The position numbers and the translations under genes were made by a program. From NCBI GenBank assembly GCA_032718475.1, contig JAUCBJ010007306.1, positions 1-51,240 on the forward strand: a stretch of 51,240 bases of DNA, written 5' to 3'. The notes beneath the pieces were generated by a model. It worked only from the letters and a program-made list of their open reading frames with translations, did not search any database and was not told where the DNA came from. This document shows, piece by piece, positions 38,878 to 48,728 of this stretch (positions are counted from its first letter, which is position 1; every line of letters starts with the position of its first letter). The stretch comes from Nemertoderma westbladi (taxonomy: Eukaryota > Animalia > Xenacoelomorpha).

Positions 38878-40547
38878 TATCGTTCGGAGTGGGCGTGTGA
38901 CTCTATTATTTTATATTATTTTATTATTTTATATTTATGTATGTATTACTATGTAATTTTATTATAATCGTTTTATTTAATTTAGTAGAATATTATTTAG
39001 CGATTATTTAGTAGAATAGTGCAATATGTTCGTGTTTATTGCGTACGTAATTACTTATATTATATTTAGTGTGACGGTGAGAAACAAGTGTTTTTCTCTT
39101 TCCTTACTGTCCGTATTATATTATAAATACGTAACTACAGTAAGATGAAATGTCCGTACTTATTAAAGTACAATAAAGCCACTACTATATTCAAGTATTA
39201 TTGGTAGGCAGAGTATTAGGAATGCAAAGTTCAGATCCTCGTGTCTCGGCTAAACCAAGCTCTGGGTAGACCTTGGAAACGACTTGCCTCTTCACACTGA
39301 CATTGCTTCGTGCGATATTGCTCTCATACCGTATATTAAATAATACATATAGTAGCGTGATGTCCCTTTAACAGTAGCGTATAACGCAAAATAAATCTGT
39401 TAAACCCTTTGACCATCTGTAATTCTAGTCGATTAAGATATCGCGGCACCCACCGATATACTTGAAAGACAAATTTTAGAATCAGTGGTTAACGTCCCCA
39501 GACAAGTTCTGGAATAAATCGGTGCCCATCTCAAATATTAATTATTTAATATTTGCAAATCTAATAAATCAACTCTGTAAAATTCAGATCCTTCAACAAT
39601 TCTAGTCAATTAAGATATCGTAGCATTTACCGATATTCTTAAAAAGACAATTTTCATAGAATTAAGGATCTTGTGTCCCCAGACATGTTCTAGAATCAAA
39701 ATATGTCCATTTAATTATCAAATAATAAAATTTCAGGGAATAAATTTAAATTCATGCCTTTTAATGAATTTAATAAATTGCCATTTTTACGCAATTTATA
39801 ACATTCCCAAAATTCCATTAATTAATAGATCAAGGGAGCGGAGATTTATCTTATTATGCGTATGAGTGTGAGAAAGTCTCCCAAACATAGTCAATAGCCG
39901 ATAAAATTCATAAAGTCATGTATAAAACAGGACATTGACCATTAAAGAATTACTATTAAATAACATCCCAGATCTGTATGCATTGGAATTACCCTAATTC
40001 TACTGCTAGCTTTACATAATGTCACCATAGCAACAACCACGCTAGAATTAGAATTGAGTTAAAAGAACAATAGACAGCTTGTCCCATTGAATAGCATAGG
40101 GAATAAACAGTGCACTGCTAGTATCCAAGGATACATGATAATAACGTGACATTCTGGAAGGCACTGACTAACGGACAAGTGACCCGAGTGTGTGTAATTT
40201 GTGACAAGTTGTGTGTGTGGTATTTGTGAGTTTATAGGCGAATGTTACTACTAAGGTGTGTTTACAGTAGCGAGTCGCAATTGTGAAAGTAACCCTAACT
40301 CTCCAGTAAGAACCTGAGGTGTATCTATGCCTTTGGGACGGACAGTCGAGTGACTTGTGCCGGTTGTCGTTGTCGTTGTGCGGCTACGTCATTGGCGAAA
40401 GTACAGCGGCGACGACACATCGGCGCTGAGGATCTAGCACTGTCCGGGGGCTGATGGGGGTAGGCAGCGACGCTCGCTAGCCTAAATATAAACTCATTAT
40501 AATATTAATAAACTCATATATAGCAGATATGACGGAGTTGATAGAAA

Positions 40548-41657
40548 ATGGTCTTGGTATCAGGGAGCGATATACTCTACTTTCAAGCGTTTGTTGATAG
40601 CTTGATACGCGGTGATACTAGTCCAACTACTACGAAGGATGATGGTCGTTATATCGAACCTACGATTTCCTGGAAGTAACTTACGCGTGAATTGGACTAT
40701 GGAAAATTCACCGCTCGCTATACGCATCGTAATGGTACGTATGTGGACTTCTTAACTACTGGTCATCCTATCGATTTACACGATACAGACAATGTCGACA
40801 CCAAAAGGGAAATGGTACGATTGAAATATCCTACCCAGCGGAGGCGGAACGATAAACCGAGAATGGAACACGAGAATTCTATTCGAAACAGACTCGAAAG
40901 AGAAGACGTTGAGGAGCCGGATAAACGCAGCGACTTCAATGATTATCTGGAATTCCTGATAGAAACATATCTCAATATTGCCAGTCAACAAAATCTAGAA
41001 ACTCGATATCCTCAAGGTATACATCATGACCGCATGGTAGAACTCAAACGGCTCGATTCCCCTATGATGTATCTTATCGCCGATCGACCGCTACCTGTTG
41101 TACCGAATAGCTTCGAACGGATGGAGGAATATTGTAAGCTGGAGAAAGATCACTCGCGTTTCCCCTACAAGACGTACGTTTTTGGGTATTATTGCGATGA
41201 ATGCCCAAGACCCAACCAACAAACGGAAAGACATAAACATCCGCGGAGACGTTGCTTTAAACACGGTTTTACTCGCTATACTTACAGGAGTTTCGAGCGA
41301 AACTTGTTCAATGTATCACCTACGCTCGTTCGACTCAGACGATCCTTAAATAAACCAATGATCAGAGTTTCGGAATACTCGATCAGAGCTCCTCATTCCC
41401 TAGTGAGACCTCAGACTCTTGATCCTATTAGTATGACGGATCCTCCCGAGCTGTACTCACTGCTCAAAGATCTAGTGTTACCTGAACGATTAGTCGGTGG
41501 CACCCCAGTTGTGGGTTTCTTAGATATTAGCCCATCCTACCTAGCCGGATTGGGACGCGGACATTTAATATCGCCGTTTAACCCTTACCATCGTCCCGGC
41601 TTGACACGATATATTCTGTCACCAGAGTGGCGGAGAACGTTGTACCAAACGAGTTAA
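40548..41657 (+). CDS. E1 accessory ORF3 of unknown function (one internal TAA at 40677-79; open 40680-41657)
   Basis: A 321-codon open frame lies between integrase and the 3' LTR. An in-frame ATG in good Kozak context (GAAAATGG) is 48 codons upstream. No family recognised. Confidence 0.65.
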
Positions 41658-42110
41658 ACGCTATTCTACAAAGATCAGAAAGGAAACCTACAGATAAACG
41701 TAAGTTGTAGCATCAAGTCCAAGCGATAAACGAATTGTCTTTATCTCAGTTCGATTGTGAAATCCAGAATCTCTAAGAAGATATCGCACTTAGACAACCC
41801 CATTCTCTGCGAGAGTTTTTGGATGAACGTATCCAGCTACGAGCGGAGGAAAATCAGCTCGAGGAGAAGCATATCGAAATGGCGGATACCCCGACCATAA
41901 TCCTACACCTTCTGATGCAATCATATTGCACCCTTCACCCAGGATTTATAGCCCTCCTAGTAAAGTGGCTCCCCCCAAAGAGAAAAGGACTCTTGCTAGC
42001 CTCAAAAAACTGCGTAAACGCCGTCTGCGTAAGAAAGACTAACTGTTTAGAGTATTCTTATATTTTAGAAACCGTGATTTGTTATATTTTATAGACTTAA
42101 ATCCCATTTT

Positions 42111-42120
42111 CTGGGAGCGG
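42111..42120 (+). promoter_or_regulatory. Polypurine-tract position of E1
   Basis: CTGGGAGCGG directly precedes the TG of the 3' LTR. Confidence 0.6.
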
Positions 42121-43291
42121 TGTAAAAGCTTTTGCGTCATTAACCGGTTATTTTCCCTTAAAGTACTCTGTAGTTGGTTTGCCAGGCATAAAAAGGCCGT
42201 GTCCTTGCTGTACTGGTGTTTTAGAGGACATAAAAGTCATTTCTTATGTATTTGTACTGTATTTGTACTTTAGAGGACATAATCCGCAATCTCGTGACGC
42301 GATAAGCTAGATACTCTTGAAAACAGTGTCGCTACCATGACGACGGCTAACAGCTGATATTGCCACGTCGACGTTTCTTTGTTTCTTTGTTCTCTCGTTG
42401 TTCGGTTGACCAATCAGAGCGTTTGTTGTCTCTGTGTTGGAGGTGTATACAGAGGCTCAGTAGTTCAGTGTTATGTTTTTGCCCAGAGCCTAAGAACCGG
42501 CTTTTGGCACCTCCGTGTTTTCAGTTTTTAGTCTTACACTAGTAGGCTTAATTATAAGGACATATATCCGTTATCATAACATACCATACCTAATCAAACA
42601 ACCTGTGCATACTTTTATATTGTTATACTGCTATTTACTGTCAGTTCTTCATAATATGGTTGATGAATTATTATATTTGGAATAACGATAAATAACCCCG
42701 AAAACCCAATATTCTTGATATACCGAAGGTAAGAGAGAAAGGTTACATATAACGATTGTGACTTATGTTAAAGTGGTTTGAAGTGAATCTAATGTTATTT
42801 GATAGACCCTACATGATTCGGTCCGTGTTCCTTTTATATGTGACTAAAATCAGTGAAGATCGGCAGATTAGTGTGCAGTATTGTGCAGCATTGTGTATTA
42901 GTGAGACTGATAACGAAGCATTTCCTAAAGAATGCGCCATATATGTGAATTGTAACTAAGCCATATCGTTGTGAGTAGTTTAAGTCATAACTCTGTTTAT
43001 ATAGATAGAGCGCCACGTCCTAAAGGAACTGTTAATATTTCCCGAAGGTGAATAATATTGTCAGAGATTATATAATACTGTCAGTCGAATAATACATTAG
43101 GCTTACCTAGCAATAAGATTGAGCCGTCGAACCCAATCTCCCGGGTATATCCAGCGGGTGAATGATCGCGCACAGATTGGTTTCGACTAGTGTAGTGAAT
43201 CAAATACTTGTCATAGGCTAAAGGCGAATTATTATCTAGAAGACATCCTAATTTGGCGGGTTAAACTGCCAAAGGTCTGAAAGCGCGAACA
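42121..43291 (+). repeat. E1 3' LTR
   Basis: 1171-bp direct repeat of the 5' LTR, followed by the TSD. Confidence 0.98.
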
Positions 43292-43560
43292 ACATCCTGA
43301 TGAGCCAACACACAACGATAAATGCCTATTCAGATCGAATTTCAGGGATAACATTGAATGGTTTTAACAACTTTAACATAGCTCTCCTTAATGTCTATCT
43401 TCCAGCTGACTGCAAACTTTCGAATGACAAAACAAATTACATGAGAACTCTAAGCGAATTGGTATTTATCGAGGAATGTACAGAACTGGGACTCCAAGTT
43501 ATTATAGTTGGAACATTAATGGTACAATATAGAAACATGGAGTGCTATATACAAGAGGAG
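43292..43560 (+). mobile_element. LINE D fragment 3 (APE endonuclease)
   Basis: Reads ILMSQH...SDRISGI...ALLNVYLPADC...QVIIVG; cut by another LTR at 43561. Confidence 0.8.
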
Positions 43561-44425
43561 TGTTCGCGCTTTCAGACCTTTAGCAGTTTAACCTGCCAAT
43601 TTTAGTTGTCCTCTTGTTTATAAATCGACTTTAGCCTATAACAATTATTTAGTGCACATGAAGTTACATTAGCCGAAGCCAGTCTATGCGCGATCATTCA
43701 CCCACTGTTAAGGGAGACTGGATTCGGATGCTTTGAAGGGATTGCGGTGCAGACCTACGGTATTATTCGATTGATCGTTACTATATAATCTCTGACAAAT
43801 ATATTTACTTTCGGGGAAATATTAACAGTTCCTTTAGGACGTGGCGCTTTAAGTATAAAAACAGAGTTATGACTTATACTAATCACAACTAGATGGCTAC
43901 TGAGTTTCGTAAATAGCGCATTCTTTAGGAGATGCTTTATTATCTGTCACACTACTGCACACGACTTCACACTATTTCACACTGATCTGCCGACCGTCAC
44001 TGAATTTGATCATATATAAGGAAGATCGCAACTGACACTTGTAGGGATTATGAAATAGCATTTAATTCACACAAAAAACACTATAATGTAAGTCGCAATT
44101 GCTACAGGTAACCGGTCCCTCTTACCTTCAGTAATCAAGAAGATTGGGGTTTTATGATTATTTATCGGTATTCTCCAAATATAACAACATATCCATCAAT
44201 ATACAACAATTAATAACAGACAGTGAACAGAAGTAAAATAATGCGGTGAAAGTAATGTTCCCAGAGTTATGCAGGCCAGCAATGTTTCAGGAAATAGTGC
44301 TCCAGTATAATAGATTTACGTTCTTGTAATCAAAGCCATCTAATGTTTTGGCCAAAGTCTGAAACTTCTACAGAAGCACAGAAGAATTCTAAGCCGGTGT
44401 TCTGAGGCTCAGAAAAGGTAAACAA
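43561..44425 (-). mobile_element. Diverged, truncated LTR of an E1-related subfamily
   Basis: Starts TGTTCGCGCTTTCAGACCTTTAGCAG and stays colinear with the reverse complement of the E1 LTR to ~44420. The far end and TSD were not found. Confidence 0.85.
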
Positions 44426-44467
44426 AGACCGTAATGCATTGCGCGGTTTTACATAGGCCCCTCAGGG

Positions 44468-44539
44468 GCCTATGTGGTGTAGTGGTTAGCATACCTGAAC
44501 GTTTATCGGGAGAAGCGGGTTCGATTCCCGCTGGTGGCG
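44468..44539 (+). ncRNA. tRNA-derived element (SINE head or tRNA pseudogene)
   Basis: A box TGGTGTAGTGG, B box GGTTCGATTCC, perfect T stem (GCGGG/CCCGC), paired D and anticodon stems. The acceptor stem is broken and the anticodon loop is non-canonical. A T6 run follows. Confidence 0.7.
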
Positions 44540-44874
44540 AATTCATTTTTTCCGCTCCATTTGCTATAGAGTTGGATCATCCTTAGTCCTGTTTAATTAC
44601 TTATAATTTATACAATCTATGGATGTTAAACACATATACAATTATAATAATTTATCTATATATTTATTTAATTAATATAATAAATTTTTCTATTATTATA
44701 AAAATGTGAATTAAAATTGAACAAATTTTCAAACAAACTTTCATCAAACTTTTTGTTTTTCAATTTTAATTCTTAATTTTTAGTGAGGTCTTGTTGTTTA
44801 TATGTGACAATAGTAATTATAATAAAAAAAATAAAATTTAAGATAAATATATAATATTCGATATAGGGAATTTA

Positions 44875-46728
44875 ATGGCTGAAGTTAAACTGGAACCTGT
44901 TCGTCAGGACGCAAACAATGCAACCTCCAACAATGCCAAAACGGGAGAAGTTGTTATTGACATGGAAGGAAAACAATGCAGCGAAAAACGATGTGGGAAG
45001 ATAATTGCGGCACTGTTGTTTGTTGTCATTGTTGTCATTGTTGTTACAGTGTTAGTTGTGCTGAAACCATGGAATACTAAAAGTAAATTACAGATTGAGT
45101 TCGAGAATGCAGCTGTATCAGCAGACCACGAGATTTGTTCCAAAATCGGCGTTGATATCCTCAAACAGAACGGTTCCGCGGTAGACGCCGCTATAGCAAC
45201 AGCATTGTGTGGCTGCTCCATACATTTCCATTCTTGTGGTTTAGGCGGCGGGTTGTTTATGGTCATCTACGATAAATCAACCAATCAGACGTCAACAATC
45301 GACGCCAGGGAAGTCGCGCCTCTAGCGGCCAACTCGACCATGTATGAAGGCCTCCCAGAGGGATCGTCGCTCAACGGGGGGTTGGCCATCGCTGTCCCGG
45401 GCCAAGTCGCCGGTTACTGGTTAGCTCACCAAAAATACGGGCGGATTCCGTGGAAGGATCTCTTCACTCCTACGGTAGAACTCCTGAAGAATGGATTTCC
45501 AATAAGCGAAATTACAATAAAATATATTGAAAACAGCGAGAGAAACAAGAAGAACATTAACCAAAGTGAATATTTCCGGGACATTTTGTTAGATAGTTTA
45601 GGGAATTTGAAGGAAGCCGGCGAAATTATAACATTATGTAAACTATCTGAAACTTTGGATGTTATCTCTAATGCCCGAAACGCTGATGAACTGTTTTATG
45701 AGGGAACACTAGCAAGTACTTTAGTGGAAGATATGCAGAATTCTGGAAGTATTATTACCATAAACGACCTTAAGATGTACAAAGCTCTTGAAAAAGATCC
45801 GATTACAATAGACCTTGGTAAATACAGACTAGTGACAACCACGGGACCATCTGGAGGACCAGTAGTTGCAATGATACTGGGAATAATAGAACAGTTTAAC
45901 TTCACAAGTGAAAGCATTGCTACAATCGATGCGCAAGCCAAAACCATTCATGTAATAGTCGAGAGCTTCAAATTCGCTTACGGTGCTGGAATGCATCTGG
46001 GAGACCCTGATAAAGTAGATGGTGTCGAAGCTTTTATTGAGTCCATGGTTTCTGATGAGGTTATTAAATGGGTTACAAATCATATTAATGAAACTACTAG
46101 CACGGATTATAAAAACTACAACATTTCTAACTATCAGAAAGCATCACCAACTGGCACTTCACATCTGTCTGTATTGTCACCAGATGGCTCGGCGGTGTCT
46201 CTTACAACAAGCTTAAACACTTTCGCAGGATCCTTTGTTGTTTCCCCAAGTACTGGGATCATATTCAACAACGAAATGGATGACTTCAGTCAACCTGGGA
46301 AGAAAAATGCCTTCGATTTGGCTCCCAGTGATGAAAATTTTATAGAGCCGGGTAAACGACCACAAAGTTCGATGAGTCCTGTTTTAGTCTTAGACGAGAA
46401 TGACGATGTTGTTATGGTATTGGGTGGGGCAGGAGGTTCTAGAATTATTTCTGCAGTTTCCCAGGTTATTATAGACAGTCTTTTCTTCGGCATGGATATT
46501 AAAGAAAGCGTCGATTGCCTTAGAATACACCATCAATTACTTCCAATGACGTTGCAATACGAGGAAGGTTTAGATCTTAATATACTGAGTAAACTTGTCG
46601 AACGCGGACATAAGATACGCAAACTCAAGAAGGCTTCAAGTAATGTTCAAGCTATTTTCCGTACAAAGGAAGGGATTATCCAAGCTTACTCTGATCCAAG
46701 GAAGGGTGGAGTGGCTGCAGGTTTCTAG
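44875..46728 (+). CDS. GGT: Gamma-glutamyltranspeptidase / glutathione hydrolase, type II membrane protein, single coding exon
   Basis: 617-aa ORF with N-terminal TM anchor IIAALLFVVIVVIVVTVLVVL and motifs GSAVDAAIA, GLGGG, IDARE, AVPG, catalytic Thr in GTSHLSV, NEMDDFS, PGKRPQSSMSP, GGAGGSRI, SDPRKGG. Confidence 0.96.
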   Translation: MAEVKLEPVRQDANNATSNNAKTGEVVIDMEGKQCSEKRCGKIIAALLFVVIVVIVVTVLVVLKPWNTKSKLQIEFENAAVSADHEICSKIGVDILKQNGSAVDAAIATALCGCSIHFHSCGLGGGLFMVIYDKSTNQTSTIDAREVAPLAANSTMYEGLPEGSSLNGGLAIAVPGQVAGYWLAHQKYGRIPWKDLFTPTVELLKNGFPISEITIKYIENSERNKKNINQSEYFRDILLDSLGNLKEAGEIITLCKLSETLDVISNARNADELFYEGTLASTLVEDMQNSGSIITINDLKMYKALEKDPITIDLGKYRLVTTTGPSGGPVVAMILGIIEQFNFTSESIATIDAQAKTIHVIVESFKFAYGAGMHLGDPDKVDGVEAFIESMVSDEVIKWVTNHINETTSTDYKNYNISNYQKASPTGTSHLSVLSPDGSAVSLTTSLNTFAGSFVVSPSTGIIFNNEMDDFSQPGKKNAFDLAPSDENFIEPGKRPQSSMSPVLVLDENDDVVMVLGGAGGSRIISAVSQVIIDSLFFGMDIKESVDCLRIHHQLLPMTLQYEEGLDLNILSKLVERGHKIRKLKKASSNVQAIFRTKEGIIQAYSDPRKGGVAAGF

Positions 46729-46887
46729 AATAATAATGCTTTTAGGTTCCCTAAAAGCAACTTAGGATATATTTTTTGTTTCGATATCTACATAGCCGGT
46801 AGCATTATCTACTTTATTTTAAATCTGTATTGGTATAACTGATAACAATTAACTTCTATTTGAAGTAAAAGCTTGAAAATCCAATAA

Positions 46888-47167
46888 TAAAGAGTTAATT
46901 GTATTTCATTTATTAATCAAGCACAAGTAAAAACCTTACCGGTAGGTATGTCAGTGCCAAAGTATGCAAAAAACTAAAAAGCAACAAGACCTAGACGTGA
47001 AACTTACCGATCAGCTGGCTGTCGTCAGCTGATCACTGATTGCATGCAACGTCTAGGTCTTGTTGCTTTTTAGTTTTTTACACACTGTACTTTGGCACTG
47101 ACATACCTACCGGTAAGTTTTTTACTTACCGTGCTTGATTAATAAATAAAATACAATTAACTCTTTA
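46888..47167. mobile_element. MITE-like 280-bp inverted repeat
   Basis: Arms of ~110 bp (TAAAGAGTTAATTGTATT...CCTAGACGT / ACGTCTAGG...AATACAATTAACTCTTTA) with an inner GATCAGCTG/CAGCTGATC hairpin. Confidence 0.8.
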
Positions 47168-48728
47168 ACTTCTATTTATTGTGTACACAAATTATTGATT
47201 ATATCATTTGTTTTATTCCTTCTAATTGTTGTTAATTATTGCTGTATAATCTTTATTGTTCACCTTGCTATTGTGGTTAGTAGCCAACTACTGTAGGTTA
47301 GTACCGGTATACAAAGACTCCCCTTGTTCGCTGTAAAAGCAGAATACTGGTAGAGGTCCCCGTCGTAGCCATCCATGGATTTATTAGATATGTGAAGTGG
47401 CCGTCACCGCCACTCAGTGTAACTGTATAGTAGAACTGAAACTATAGTTAAAATAAAACTGTAACATTATTGAATGAATGATCGCAACCAGTTGTTGACG
47501 GATACCAGTACAGTGTACACTGTGTACATGCAGGTGTACAGCAGTACTGTGGTTAGCCTGAAAGCTTGTCTAAACTTCAAGGGTAGTAAGTGACAAGAGT
47601 GTCGGTAGAAAACACTCGAACTATATGAGTAACGTTTCGGCCTTCCGGCCTACTTCAGATTCTTCTAATAAATAACGTGTGCAAAAATCCAAACCAAATT
47701 AGAGTAACGCAAACCAGTAAAGAATTACTGAATTAAACTATAACTAATACAGTGACGGAAATAGGATATCAGAAAATATTCGCCTGATTACTAGTGTAAT
47801 ATAAGACATCAACGTGAAGGTACAGGGTATGCATGCTGCGGTTGGCGGTAACTGTAGGCCGCTTCGTCACTACCAGATGACTACAAAGACTGACTGGGAT
47901 TGCATGAGCATGTCTGCATGTGGACATGATAGCATGAGTGTAGGGAGTTACCGTACTGTTGTAGTGATCGTGATGACGCGACCGAAATGTGTTTATCATT
48001 TTCATGTTTACAACCACCAATTCACATATTTCAAAAGCTGGACTCAAATTTGGTATGCGAAATTTTAAGCTCTACTTTAAAAAAAGCTGCCAGCACCTCA
48101 TTGAAAATTATAATTATTGTTATTATGTTATTAATATTATTATTATGGTTATTGCATTAAACTTTGAATACTCCAATCTAATAAAACTTTTCTGCCTGGA
48201 ATTCGGCAAGGAACATCCCTCCAGCCCAATATTGTATATCGTGTACAGCACACCCTAGGCTTAATAACGATTTACCAAAAAATTTAAACCTGAACCTAAA
48301 ATATTATTTTAGCGCAAAATCGCAGAAGTGCTGAGGAGAAGACCTGGATGCTTGAAAATTATTGTGATGAAAACTTTATCTAATTATTAATACTGTACCT
48401 CTAGTTGCCTAAATGCTGATACGCCGGATCTACTGTACCAATAAATTTATATCAGTGAGAAATAAAATCATCTATTTCGGAAGTTGATTTGGGAACTACT
48501 ATTACCAGCTGTGGAAGGATTAAGTACCGTTAAGTGGTACTCAAGACTTTGCTTGGTCTAAAGGGCAGTGTACCCACAACGAATCCCCATATCTTGAATT
48601 GGGAAGAACACCTTTGAGCTCCATCATAAAAATGAGAACAGCTACATTTATCCAAAAATTTCTGAGACAAAAGACACCGAGGCGGGTAAATATTTAATTA
48701 AACTTTCAAAGATCACAGATCTCAGCGC

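Larger units (their letters stand above)
25988..43291 (+). mobile_element. Full-length, very young 17.3-kb BEL/Pao LTR retrotransposon E1, TSD ACATC
   Basis: 1171-bp TG...CA LTRs; ACATC at 25983-87 and 43292-96; gag-PR-RT-RH-IN domain order with BEL-specific motifs. Confidence 0.98.

Noticed and set aside
40395-40460. Hammerhead ribozyme (CTGAGGA and GAAA present)
   Set aside because: The core motifs cannot be arranged with stems I-III in the required order, and the long hairpin explains the pairing better.
40548-41657. ORF3 as a retroviral-type env
   Set aside because: No signal peptide, fusion peptide or C-terminal TM helix is visible.
44468-44539. Functional tRNA-Asn(GTT)
   Set aside because: The acceptor stem is mismatched, and U33 and purine-37 are missing; better treated as a SINE head or pseudogene.
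44875-46728. Bacterial horizontal transfer as the reason for the intronless GGT
   Set aside because: The cytoplasmic tail plus TM anchor and motifs such as GGAGGSRIIS, HHQLLP and SDPRKGG look animal-type; a phylogeny would be needed to exclude it fully.
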